DNA from: a virus | Length of the DNA: 50,810 bases | Direction: 5' to 3' (one strand) | IMG/VR virus record: IMGVR_UViG_3300045988_054624 | Coordinates: 1 to 50,810 of that record | Translations under genes and position numbers: made by a program | Shown here: positions 36,357-44,865 of the stretch, in pieces | Position numbering within the stretch: position 1 is the stretch's first letter | Layout of the letters: each line of letters begins with the position of its first letter | Notes under the pieces: model-generated | Database searches by the model: none | Told to the model about the DNA's origin: nothing | Seen by the model: only the letters and a program-made list of their open reading frames with translations

Positions 36357-37441
36357 TTGTTCTTTCCTCCAAACACTTGAGCATACAAAGAACGGAAGGT
36401 TCGTTTTTTAGGGTCTCCACCAATCAAAGCTTGATAGACGACTTTATATGTTTTGTTATCCATGTACGAATTGTGCATCATGACAAACCGTTTATATTGT
36501 TTATAATTCATTTGTTGAGATGGCGTAGTGAATCGTTCGGGTTGATTGAATAATTCAAACACTTTTTCCTTGTAATCAGTATCATCTTTCCTTTGCTTCT
36601 TTCGACGGTAAAGCTCTGTATCAAAATACAACATTGCCATGTATGCGTTAGGTTCCCGCTTGCATATCTCGTTGAACAAGTCCGGGTAAAACTCGCACAT
36701 GTTGACGAGTGATCCTGCCGTGTCGATGCTGAAAAACTGCGATATTCGCATTCTGCCAAATCCTAAGCCGGTTCGGTACATGTGTTCATAGGCTATTGGA
36801 TATTCAAGCCCGTTGTCGGCTATGTACTTCCACACGTCCGTATCGGTCCAATCATAGATGGGATAGGCTTTAGCATGAATGGCCTGAAACACTGCAACGC
36901 CGTTCATTCTTTGAACACTCTCCGATACTCTAACGCCTATCATTTGAATCTTGTCTTTATTGACCCGCTCCATGAATGATTGATAGGTATCTTTCCTTGG
37001 TTTGAAAAGCGGGTGACTAGTGATTGCAAATGACGGCATATCTCTCACCCATACATCACGCTTGAACCTGTCCCAGCAAATGAAACTTTCATCATTTGTT
37101 AGAGCGTTAAAACAATTAAAATGTTTGCACTCAATCGCCCACCACCTGAACGGAACGCCTATGGACAACCATTGACGGCGAATATTCATCGTGACTTTTT
37201 CCACACATGGATAAATGGCTTCCTCGTCAATGAAATCCACTGTGAGAAGTGACTTGTCTATCTCTCCGCTCTGGCATAATTGAAAGACGAGATTGTTCAG
37301 GCAAATGCTATCCTTGCCACCTGAAACGCTTAATTGAACCGGTACGCCATTGGAAAAAATGTTTTTGATGCGCTGGCGTGCAGCGGTGACAACGTTAATG
37401 TCCGTGTAATGCTTTTTAATCAAGCGGTATGCACTCCCCAC
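36353..37441 (-). CDS. IbrA/YbdN-like PAPS-reductase-family PP-loop protein (copy A, divergent)
   Basis: PP-loop VSGGKDSICLNNL; 362 aa; Cys-rich central region. The same family as 39538..40671 and 41554..42840. Confidence 0.65.
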   Translation of the reverse strand: MGSAYRLIKKHYTDINVVTAARQRIKNIFSNGVPVQLSVSGGKDSICLNNLVFQLCQSGEIDKSLLTVDFIDEEAIYPCVEKVTMNIRRQWLSIGVPFRWWAIECKHFNCFNALTNDESFICWDRFKRDVWVRDMPSFAITSHPLFKPRKDTYQSFMERVNKDKIQMIGVRVSESVQRMNGVAVFQAIHAKAYPIYDWTDTDVWKYIADNGLEYPIAYEHMYRTGLGFGRMRISQFFSIDTAGSLVNMCEFYPDLFNEICKREPNAYMAMLYFDTELYRRKKQRKDDTDYKEKVFELFNQPERFTTPSQQMNYKQYKRFVMMHNSYMDNKTYKVVYQALIGGDPKKRTFRSLYAQVFGGKNK

Positions 37442-38003
37442 ATGACGGGCAAAGGATTGTGTTGACCGCTGCTGGTTCTGGCGGTGCTTCTTCCTGCGTT
37501 TCTTCCGATATGGGATTTCCCATATCTATAACTTGTTTAGTTTGTTTTGTTTGCACCGTTTCAGGAGTTAGAACGCCATAACTTTGAACGTCCTGCAACA
37601 CTTCTTCCGCATCTCGCATCAAGTTACGCAATACATCCTCGCTGAATCCAGCAACGTCAAAATCTCCTGTTGATGTAATTTCCGCTAGGTAGGTTTCGAT
37701 ATTTTCATAATCATCCGAACCAAGGGAATAAGTCTTGTTATCAGCCAGAATGAGCTTTTTCTTTTCAATGTCAGACAATCCGGATTTTCTATAGACCGCC
37801 GCATCTTTCATTCCCGCTCTCGTCATAGCTTCATGTAATCCATTGCCTATTAAGATATTATTATCTTCATCAATGACGATTGCCCGTGTTTGTCCAAACT
37901 GTTCAAGCGAGCGTATCAACTCTTTGATTTGTGTTTCCGTGTGCTTCCTCACATTCACCTCTAATGGTTTAAGGTCAGTTAGTTGTAATGTTTGAATGTT
38001 CAC
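37416..38003 (-). CDS. ParB N-terminal-domain-like nuclease with C-terminal zinc ribbon
   Basis: LKPLEVNVRKHTETQIKELIRSLEQFGQTRAIVIDEDNNILIGNGLHEA; C-terminal CPSCGEC. Confidence 0.55.
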   Translation of the reverse strand: MNIQTLQLTDLKPLEVNVRKHTETQIKELIRSLEQFGQTRAIVIDEDNNILIGNGLHEAMTRAGMKDAAVYRKSGLSDIEKKKLILADNKTYSLGSDDYENIETYLAEITSTGDFDVAGFSEDVLRNLMRDAEEVLQDVQSYGVLTPETVQTKQTKQVIDMGNPISEETQEEAPPEPAAVNTILCPSCGECIPLD

Positions 38004-38901
38004 GTTTCTTCCACCCTTTCAATGCAAAAAATAGAACTCCTACACAGAATGCAACACGGTAAATGCCTATTGTGCTCCAAAGCTCCACGATACCGATTTC
38101 TTTGAACACGCCCCAAAAGACGCATAGGAATACGGCAAGTAAAGTGCCAACACGCTTGTTGGCTACCTCGTGCATGGCAACGGCTATGCTGTCAATGGTA
38201 GAAGTCGTAACGGCCAGACATGCAACTAGTAAAAGTGCATTCATCAATCCGTTGAACTCGAACAGGCTCATGATGAAAATTAGAAACATGTACGCTCCGA
38301 AAAACGCCGTAGCATACCAGAACGGTTTGTTATCTTCGGCTAACTTGGCACGCTGCCACATTTGAATATCTCCGAATGGAGATGTAAGCAAGATACAAGC
38401 ACTCCACAAGGCCCACAAGATACCGCCGTCCGTAGTGACAACGTGCTTATGTATTTCCGCTCCTGAAAAAAGACCTGCTAGGATAATAACCGCAAGCGTC
38501 ACAAAAGTAATGATGCCTTGATACTTGTCAGTAAGAACGGATGTCAATAATCCTTTTTTGTACATGAGAAGGATAAAAAGCAATCCGATACACGTTGTTA
38601 TCCAGTAGTTTCCGATAATCTGATTCATGATATTGAGGTTGATAATCAGGCAGAACGCTTGAATGATGACGGCAAACGTTTTGAAAATCTTATTCTGGAA
38701 TAGATTTTCGGTGAACAATCCACGCTTGAAAAGCACACCGAACAATCCTAGCGTCAATGCGTTAGCAATGGCCCAAATGAGGAATGGAACGATACCACGT
38801 TCGATAGCGATTGATTGACCGATAACAAGTGATGAAGCCCAAGCCCAACTGAAAGCGATAGAAAGACCTAGAGAGAAAGATTTGTTCAAAAAAACATGCA
38901 C
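37975..38901 (-). CDS. Polytopic membrane protein (possible transporter)
   Basis: 308 aa with about 8-9 hydrophobic helices; the first gene downstream of the operator-controlled promoter at 38934-38958. Confidence 0.45.
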   Translation of the reverse strand: MHVFLNKSFSLGLSIAFSWAWASSLVIGQSIAIERGIVPFLIWAIANALTLGLFGVLFKRGLFTENLFQNKIFKTFAVIIQAFCLIINLNIMNQIIGNYWITTCIGLLFILLMYKKGLLTSVLTDKYQGIITFVTLAVIILAGLFSGAEIHKHVVTTDGGILWALWSACILLTSPFGDIQMWQRAKLAEDNKPFWYATAFFGAYMFLIFIMSLFEFNGLMNALLLVACLAVTTSTIDSIAVAMHEVANKRVGTLLAVFLCVFWGVFKEIGIVELWSTIGIYRVAFCVGVLFFALKGWKKREHSNITTN

Positions 38902-38933
38902 TCCTTTTTTTATAATGAATCCTTTGTATCAAC

Positions 38934-38991
38934 ATTATATCATAATAATAAGATACTTATGAAGAAAAAGGAGCGCAAAAAGATACTTTTT
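38934..38991 (-). promoter_or_regulatory. Repressor-operator-controlled leftward promoter
   Basis: Minus-strand extended -10 TGATATAAT (plus 38934-38942), identical to the repressor promoter -10; AAGATACTT operator copies at 38950-38958 and 38982-38990. Confidence 0.5.
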
Positions 38992-38994
38992 AAG

Positions 38995-39398
38995 GTGTAA
39001 CAGATGTAACAGATTAGGGTGGAATCATCTGTTACAGTAGATAAGGAAATAAAAATGAATGGGTTATAGTAAGAAAACGGTTGTGAAGTGTAACAGATGA
39101 GAAAATCATCTGTTACACCCTTAAAGCGTTAAATATTAGCGGATTGCGAAGAGGTGTAACGCATGTAACAGATAAAATGTATATATTTTCTTATTATATA
39201 TACATATATAAAAATATATAGAAATAATATTTTACTATATATAAATTATTTACATTAACTCTATAAAATATATAAGTAAGAAAGAAATAAGTGTTACATG
39301 TGTGACAGCATGAGATAACACTATGGTTTTTAATAAGTTAAAGGTGTAACAGATTGAAAAAACAATCTGTTACACATCTGTTACATCTGTTACACCTG
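38995..39398. repeat. Iteron/palindrome hub (region B): TGTAACAGAT(G) arrays flanking a TA-rich tract
   Basis: gtgtaacagatgtaacagat (38995) with an inverted partner atcatctgttacag (39023); perfect palindrome GTGTAACAGATGA-gaaaa-TCATCTGTTACAC (39088-39118); ggtgtaacgcatgtaacagat (39153); a 115-nt TA-rich tract (39175-39290); gtgttacatgtgtgacag (39291); GGTGTAACAGATTG-aaaaaa-CAATCTGTTACAC plus two more CATCTGTTACA copies (39343-39398). Confidence 0.7.
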
Positions 39399-39438
39399 CT
39401 GGAAAACGAGGGTTTTTTGCTTCGAGTGGATGATACGG

Positions 39439-39519
39439 TTTTCTAAAATTGCCCGTTTTTAGCCTAGGGGATGGCCCTAGAACGGGCTTTTACACCTCGT
39501 CCGGTACAAACTACCGGAC
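39439..39519 (-). terminator. Tandem hairpins/terminator downstream of IbrA-like copy B
   Basis: GCCCGTTTTTAGCCTAGGGGATGGCCCTAGAACGGGC followed on the minus strand by a U-rich stretch; a second stem GTCCGGTACAAACTACCGGAC. Confidence 0.45.
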
Positions 39520-39537
39520 AACATGTAAAACGCCTTT

Positions 39538-40671
39538 TTAGGCCCATTCTAGGCATGAAATATCAACCTTGCCTTGAGAGAACCCCAAACCCTTGCATGC
39601 GAAGTCATTTGTCAAAATGCACTTGCACACTCTTCTCCAAGACGGAACATCCCGTTTTTTCTCCATGAAATAATCTGCCTCGTCCGGTATTCCATCAGGA
39701 TAACCTTGACGTTTCCACTTGGAAACAAACTCGGTGATCTTCCTCCGGTAATTATCCCGTGCTTGTGGAAAACTCGTTTCGACGAGAAAGACGGCATATT
39801 GCTCCCATGTGAAATGACTAGGTTTCGTCAGGTTCTTAAACGCAACCGCTGAAGTTCCTCCGTAAATCCTGCCAAAGTTCACGCCATTGACGCGATTGAG
39901 CAACTTGCTCCACGTTTGAGGTTCAATTACCCTGTACAGTTTCAGATTGTTCAAGCCGCACGTGTGAAACGGATTCGCAACACGCATTTGATTGATTGTT
40001 AGTCCAGCCTTGTAAAACAAGTCATAAATGCAGTTGTAGTCCCATGCCATTTTCGCATTTGCCACCCACACATCAGACGTTTTCCAATCGTAGATAGGAT
40101 AAACCTTGTGAGCCTGTTTATCCTTGCCTACAATCCAGTCCACCATTCTAATTAACTTTTGACGCTCAAGGCTCTCTTCGGCTCGAATGCCAATCATGAC
40201 GGCGGTTTTCCCGTATTGACCGGCAAACCAGTCGCAAAAGTCATCCTGAACGGAATAATCTTGTTTTCCAACTTCAACGGCGAATGGACAATTATCCTCA
40301 TGTATCACATAAGGAAGTTTTGGTATCGTTCTGCACCACAGGGCCTTGTCTGGCTTGTGCCACGGAATCCAAACGGAATTGTCCATCTTGCAACCGCAAT
40401 TTGCACCAACCGGAAGACAAAGCCAGAAGCGGCGAATGTCGTTGAACCGTTCAAATGTTCGTGTAACGTAATCCGTTGTGTAACTGTATTGCGCTTCATA
40501 GTCCATATGGTACATTGCCAGTTTGTGAAGGAATCCATTTTCCTTCGCAAAATCATAGCAAAGATTAAGTAAAACACCGCTATCTTTTCCACCTGAAAAG
40601 CTTACAAGTACAGAATCGTATTCATTAAAAATCAAAGAAAGTCTGTTTAAGGCGGCTTGGTAAACGTTCAT
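39538..40671 (-). CDS. IbrA/YbdN-like PAPS-reductase-family PP-loop protein (copy B)
   Basis: PP-loop VSFSGGKDSGVLLNL; LAMYHMDYEAQY..TTDYVT; WLCLPVGANCGCKM...WIPW; close paralog of 41554..42840. Confidence 0.7.
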   Translation of the reverse strand: MNVYQAALNRLSLIFNEYDSVLVSFSGGKDSGVLLNLCYDFAKENGFLHKLAMYHMDYEAQYSYTTDYVTRTFERFNDIRRFWLCLPVGANCGCKMDNSVWIPWHKPDKALWCRTIPKLPYVIHEDNCPFAVEVGKQDYSVQDDFCDWFAGQYGKTAVMIGIRAEESLERQKLIRMVDWIVGKDKQAHKVYPIYDWKTSDVWVANAKMAWDYNCIYDLFYKAGLTINQMRVANPFHTCGLNNLKLYRVIEPQTWSKLLNRVNGVNFGRIYGGTSAVAFKNLTKPSHFTWEQYAVFLVETSFPQARDNYRRKITEFVSKWKRQGYPDGIPDEADYFMEKKRDVPSWRRVCKCILTNDFACKGLGFSQGKVDISCLEWA

Positions 40672-41023
40672 CTTCCCATTCTTCTATAATTTGTTGAGCA
40701 ATAGCATTAGCGGTGTTACGTTCGTCATCGGATAGCAGCCACCATGCTTCCCGGGTCTCGTCTTCTTTCACTCCGGCATAAAGGCAACACGCAGCTTGCC
40801 CCAGCCATGCCTTACGATTGACATTGACATTTGAAAAAACTTGTTCTGTTGATATTTTCCATCGTTTTTTAACTTCACGCATCCATCGTTGGCAAATGTC
40901 CGGTGAGGATAAGAGAGAGCGGGCCAGTTCTACACGGCCAGCCCGCCCCTCGTTTAATTCATCATACATTCCGCATTTGTAATCCTCCCATTCTTCGTAA
41001 TGATGAAATACTTGTTTAATCAT
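40625..41023 (-). CDS. Hypothetical protein inside the IbrAB-like array
   Basis: 132-aa ORF between IbrB-like copy 3 and IbrA-like copy B. Confidence 0.3.
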   Translation of the reverse strand: MIKQVFHHYEEWEDYKCGMYDELNEGRAGRVELARSLLSSPDICQRWMREVKKRWKISTEQVFSNVNVNRKAWLGQAACCLYAGVKEDETREAWWLLSDDERNTANAIAQQIIEEWEDERLPSRLKQTFFDF

Positions 41024-41534
41024 TTTCAGTTTCCCACGCTTGAGAAAATTCCTTGTCTTTGAACAATGAAGCTAATCCGGTTATTTGTTTCAGCCGCAAC
41101 AACTCTTCCGCATCCATGCCGATATTTTTCAGAATCCACGCATCCGACATGCCAGCCTCCACCAGTTCACCTACGATGTTGCTCATGAGTTCGATGGAAT
41201 GAGAACCACGGGCGCGGTTGTGCCGGATCGTCGAGGCCATTCGGTTTGAAATGTCCTTATCAATGACCACCACGGGCAGCTTACCGCCTTCACGGTCATA
41301 AATGTCCTGATGTGTCTTCATAATGGTGTAACGGTGGAAGCCGTCAACAATCTCATACTTGCCATTCTCCAGCTTGTAGCAGACAATCGGCATCGTATAG
41401 CCGTCTTCCAAAATGGACTTGTAGAGCAGCTTCATTTCCGGAGGTGCAACGCTGTTAGGGTTGTATGAGTTCGCCTGAATGTCTTCCAGAGGTACGGCGA
41501 TTACGTTATATACGGGGCTTGTAATGGTATTCAT
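41016..41534 (-). CDS. IbrB/YbdM-like ParB-like nuclease-domain protein (copy 3)
   Basis: SYNPNSV...LLYKSILEDGYTMPIV...IVDGFHRYT...KLPVVVID...IRHNRARGSH. Confidence 0.65.
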   Translation of the reverse strand: MNTITSPVYNVIAVPLEDIQANSYNPNSVAPPEMKLLYKSILEDGYTMPIVCYKLENGKYEIVDGFHRYTIMKTHQDIYDREGGKLPVVVIDKDISNRMASTIRHNRARGSHSIELMSNIVGELVEAGMSDAWILKNIGMDAEELLRLKQITGLASLFKDKEFSQAWETEND

Positions 41535-41553
41535 ATTCGTGTTGTGTTGTAGG

Positions 41554-42840
41554 TTAGAGGTTTTTGTATTTTTCGAGTGCTTTTTTTCGTTTAACTAATG
41601 CTTCTTTCGTAAATCCGAATCCTGCATATTTGCAGTAGTAATCATTTTTCAAGATACAAATGCACATGCGCTTGTATGAAATAACCGTTGAAAAACAATC
41701 AACGTCCATATCATCCGGAACATCCGAGAACGCAACAATTGAGCGGTCGTCATACTTTTCAGATGGCTTGATATATTGAGCATGATTTGACGCATTCAAA
41801 ACGTCCTGTAAATCTTTTGTCGGGAGAGTGCCACCCTTGCTCCAATACTCTATTGACCGCCGCATGACATCTTGATAATGCTCCGCAACATCTTTGTTGA
41901 GAGTAGTTAAAAGAAACTCATAGTATGATTTCCACGTGTGACCTTTCGGTAACGTGATTGACTTCCAGCCCATTGCCGTAGTGCCTCCGTAAAGTCCGGT
42001 GAAATTGGCTCCATTGACACGGCTGACGAGTTTCCCCCATGTGTTAGGCTCAATAATTTTATAGAGTTTCAACGATGCAGTAGCGCAATCGTTGAACGGG
42101 CTTGCTACCCGCATTTGATCCGGCGTTAATCCAGCTTGATAATACAGGTCATAGAGTTTGTTGTACTCAAATCCAAACTTGGCATTGGCAATCCAAACAT
42201 CATCTACCATCCAATCATAAATCGGATAGCATTTCAACGGGCTTCTGTCTCCTACGATGTAATGAGTTCCCTTGTATTTATTGACTTTACGTTGTCCGGC
42301 AATGGCTGAATAACGATGCAAGCTTTCATCCGCACGAATGCCAATCATGACACCAGTTGAACCATATTCCCGGTTGAACCATTTGCAGAATCTGTCTTGA
42401 ACTTGATAATCCGTTTCGCCTTCGTTCATGGTAAACGGGCAATTATCTTCATTCACCACATATTCAAACGCTGGCATTTCCCTGCACCAGATGCCACGGT
42501 CTTCTTTTTTCCAAGGTATCCACAAGCCGGAGTTCATATTACAGGCGCATTGAGCACCCACAGGCAGGCATAGCCAAAATCGCTTGATGTCATCAAAGCG
42601 GGCAAATGTGTTTGTCACATAGTCCGTTGTCATCTGATATTGTGCCTCATAATCAATGTGGTACATGGCTAGCTTATCAAGCAATCCATGTTCCTTTGCG
42701 TATTTGTAGCACAAGTTCAACATGACCGAGCTATCTTTACCGCCGCTGAACGCAACCAGCACGTTTTCAAACTCGCTGAAACAGAACGCGATACGTTCCA
42801 TTGCGGCATCATAGACGTTTTTTTCTATGTAGTTCTTCAT
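41554..42840 (-). CDS. IbrA/YbdN-like PAPS-reductase-family PP-loop protein (copy C)
   Basis: PP-loop VAFSGGKDSSVMLNL; WLCLPVGAQCACNM...WIPW; 428 aa. Confidence 0.7.
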   Translation of the reverse strand: MKNYIEKNVYDAAMERIAFCFSEFENVLVAFSGGKDSSVMLNLCYKYAKEHGLLDKLAMYHIDYEAQYQMTTDYVTNTFARFDDIKRFWLCLPVGAQCACNMNSGLWIPWKKEDRGIWCREMPAFEYVVNEDNCPFTMNEGETDYQVQDRFCKWFNREYGSTGVMIGIRADESLHRYSAIAGQRKVNKYKGTHYIVGDRSPLKCYPIYDWMVDDVWIANAKFGFEYNKLYDLYYQAGLTPDQMRVASPFNDCATASLKLYKIIEPNTWGKLVSRVNGANFTGLYGGTTAMGWKSITLPKGHTWKSYYEFLLTTLNKDVAEHYQDVMRRSIEYWSKGGTLPTKDLQDVLNASNHAQYIKPSEKYDDRSIVAFSDVPDDMDVDCFSTVISYKRMCICILKNDYYCKYAGFGFTKEALVKRKKALEKYKNL

Positions 42841-44006
42841 AAGTCTTTTATGGTTAAGTTTCCTTGCTTTTTGAAGTGATTGACGAGGGATTCTTTCTTA
42901 GAAATACATTCATCTATCATTCTTTCAAGTCCTACGTCTCCTGTTAGGTCAAAGTATTCACAATCAAGCGTTTGACCGTTTCGGTAGATACGCCCTTCTG
43001 ATTGTTCCCGGAATGAGTAGTCAAATGTTTTGTCAAAGTAAATGATGCGGTTATATCGTTGAAGATTAAGGCCAAAGGAACCTTTTCCGTACGTCAGAAC
43101 AACTGCATCCGGGTATCTCCGTTGAACTTCATTCCGGCTATCAATGTACTTGCAGAACACGATTGATTTATCCGTCAGAAGTTCATCTAGGATTTCCCAT
43201 TTTTCGGACGAAAGGCAATAGGAATGTTGAAGTTTTGAAAAGATAGCCAGTAAGTTTTCTTCTTCGTTACGGTTAATGTATTCATAGAATAGACAAGCTT
43301 TAAGGTTCCTGTATGCTTCATTTTCTTCCCAAGTCATATTCCAATAGCGGACGTGATACTTCTTTTCAACTTTCAATTCCAGATTGCATTGAAACACATA
43401 GGGTTTCACAAGTGAAAGAAGGTGATCGACATTCGCATATCCGGTGATAATCGTTTTGGTAACTCGTCCACCTCTTTTGTGTTGTGTGTAAGTGCAATAG
43501 CGGTCCCGGAATCGGTAAAAAGTGTAAGGCAGGATTTTAGGGGAAAGGAATTGCATTTGAGCGTAAATATCACAAATGTTTTTCGTCACCGGCGTACCGT
43601 TCAGAATGAGCTTGTATTCCGCGAATCGTCCTAGGTGCACGATGCGTTGCGTGCGCTTGGCTCTCATGTTTTTGATTTTAATTGATTCATCCGCAACCAT
43701 GAAAACCCGTTTGAATTGTTTGACGTACTCTAATTCTTCAAGGTAGATACGGTCACTACATCCGATTGATTCGATGCCCATGATGTGAGCCTTGTACTTG
43801 CATCCGCATTTTTCAAGCTCGGTTTCAAGAGTTTCCTTGACTTGGCACGGACAAAGCCAGTAGAGGCAATCCACATCCGGCACGGAGTTAATCAGGGCAA
43901 CCGCCGTTTGAGTTTTACCGGTGCCGCAAGCCATGAAGAGTGCGCCAACCTTGAGGCGTTGCAACTTTTCAATGGCTTGCTGCTGGTTGATGGTTAAATC
44001 TCGCAT
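42837..44006 (-). CDS. SNF2/DEAD-like SF2 helicase (second copy)
   Basis: Walker A ACGTGKTQT; DESI box (MVADESIKIKN); LNGTPV; C-terminal FGLNLQRYNRIIYF...GRIYRNGQ, parallel to the helicase at 8257..9582. Confidence 0.6.
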   Translation of the reverse strand: MRDLTINQQQAIEKLQRLKVGALFMACGTGKTQTAVALINSVPDVDCLYWLCPCQVKETLETELEKCGCKYKAHIMGIESIGCSDRIYLEELEYVKQFKRVFMVADESIKIKNMRAKRTQRIVHLGRFAEYKLILNGTPVTKNICDIYAQMQFLSPKILPYTFYRFRDRYCTYTQHKRGGRVTKTIITGYANVDHLLSLVKPYVFQCNLELKVEKKYHVRYWNMTWEENEAYRNLKACLFYEYINRNEEENLLAIFSKLQHSYCLSSEKWEILDELLTDKSIVFCKYIDSRNEVQRRYPDAVVLTYGKGSFGLNLQRYNRIIYFDKTFDYSFREQSEGRIYRNGQTLDCEYFDLTGDVGLERMIDECISKKESLVNHFKKQGNLTIKDL

Positions 44007-44008
44007 GA

Positions 44009-44416
44009 TTAGCGGGTCAATGAGGGGTCAGCGTCAATTTCAACCGGATCAAGTGGAGAGGGTTTATGATAGATGATTTCCTCTTTTTCCGGGGCCGCAT
44101 GGGGCGTATATGGGGCCTTTTCAACGTATCCGCCAAACGCTTCCGCGAGTTCATCAGCGGTTATTTCCTTGCTAGCGATAACTTCAAATTTGTTGAACTT
44201 CCCCTTCCCGTTTTTGATAAGCTTGAACGTCATATCCTCGTTGACGGATAAAAAACGTTCGTAGCTATGGCGGCCTTGCCTGACCAGTTTTTGACTTATC
44301 CAGAACTTATAGCCATCATGAGCGGATGAATGAGGCATGCCAATAAGCACACCGTTCATTGTTTCATGTTGTATATTTTGTACGTTGAATGCGATTTTTT
44401 TCCAAGTAGCGTTCAT
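44009..44416 (-). CDS. Hypothetical early protein
   Basis: 135-aa ORF; stop-start overlap with the helicase gene. Confidence 0.35.
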   Translation of the reverse strand: MNATWKKIAFNVQNIQHETMNGVLIGMPHSSAHDGYKFWISQKLVRQGRHSYERFLSVNEDMTFKLIKNGKGKFNKFEVIASKEITADELAEAFGGYVEKAPYTPHAAPEKEEIIYHKPSPLDPVEIDADPSLTR

Positions 44417-44492
44417 TGTTTTTTTTCGGTTGACATTGCCGGAATTGCCCGTCCGGCGCGGGGTAATTTTTTCCGTTATTCGGTTGGTTGTT

Positions 44493-44750
44493 TTAGTCCC
44501 AATCTAAAACTAAATCGTACTCTTCCGCTTTTTCGAGGATGTCTCTTACATCGACAAAATCTTTTACTTCTTCAGGAACATTGCCACCAACCAATCCATG
44601 TCTTACGCCGTGGACTTCCCGCACCGGGCAATAAAAATTATAGTTTTTTCCTTCCTCGTCATAATTTTTTACCGGTTCTCCGGTAATAGCGATTTCATGG
44701 CGATGAAAGGTGAATATTTCTCGTACTTTGTAAGTTTTATCAGCGTTCAT
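44493..44750 (-). CDS. Hypothetical early protein (own promoter cassette)
   Basis: 85 aa; preceded by the cassette at 44778-44865 and by the leader ...ACAAGACAAC-ATG. Confidence 0.4.
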   Translation of the reverse strand: MNADKTYKVREIFTFHRHEIAITGEPVKNYDEEGKNYNFYCPVREVHGVRHGLVGGNVPEEVKDFVDVRDILEKAEEYDLVLDWD

Positions 44751-44777
44751 GTTGTCTTGTTTCGGTTGGTTGTTTAT

Positions 44778-44865
44778 GAGGGCCTATCCCCTCTTGACGT
44801 TATCTTTTTAGCAATTTTTTTTCACAACGTCAAACTATTTTTTTATTTTTTTCACGAGGTTCCCA
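44778..44865 (-). promoter_or_regulatory. Early promoter cassette with 5' hairpin
   Basis: Minus strand TAGTTTGACGTTGTGAAAAAAAATTGCTAAAAAGATAACGTCAAGAGGGGATAGGCCCTC, then a CA-rich leader. Confidence 0.45.

Noticed and set aside
37975-38901. Assignment of the polytopic membrane protein to the YhhQ/queuosine-precursor transporter family
   Set aside because: I could not see convincing sequence similarity by eye, so it is kept as a generic membrane protein.
38995-39398. CRISPR array interpretation of the TGTAACAGATG repeats
   Set aside because: The repeats are only 11-13 nt with irregular spacing and inverted orientation (dyads), with no uniform spacers and no cas genes. They look like protein-binding iterons/operators.
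39471-39852. + strand ORFs 39471..39668 and 39574..39852
   Set aside because: They overlap the terminator hairpins and are antisense to the IbrA-like gene 39538..40671. No RBS.
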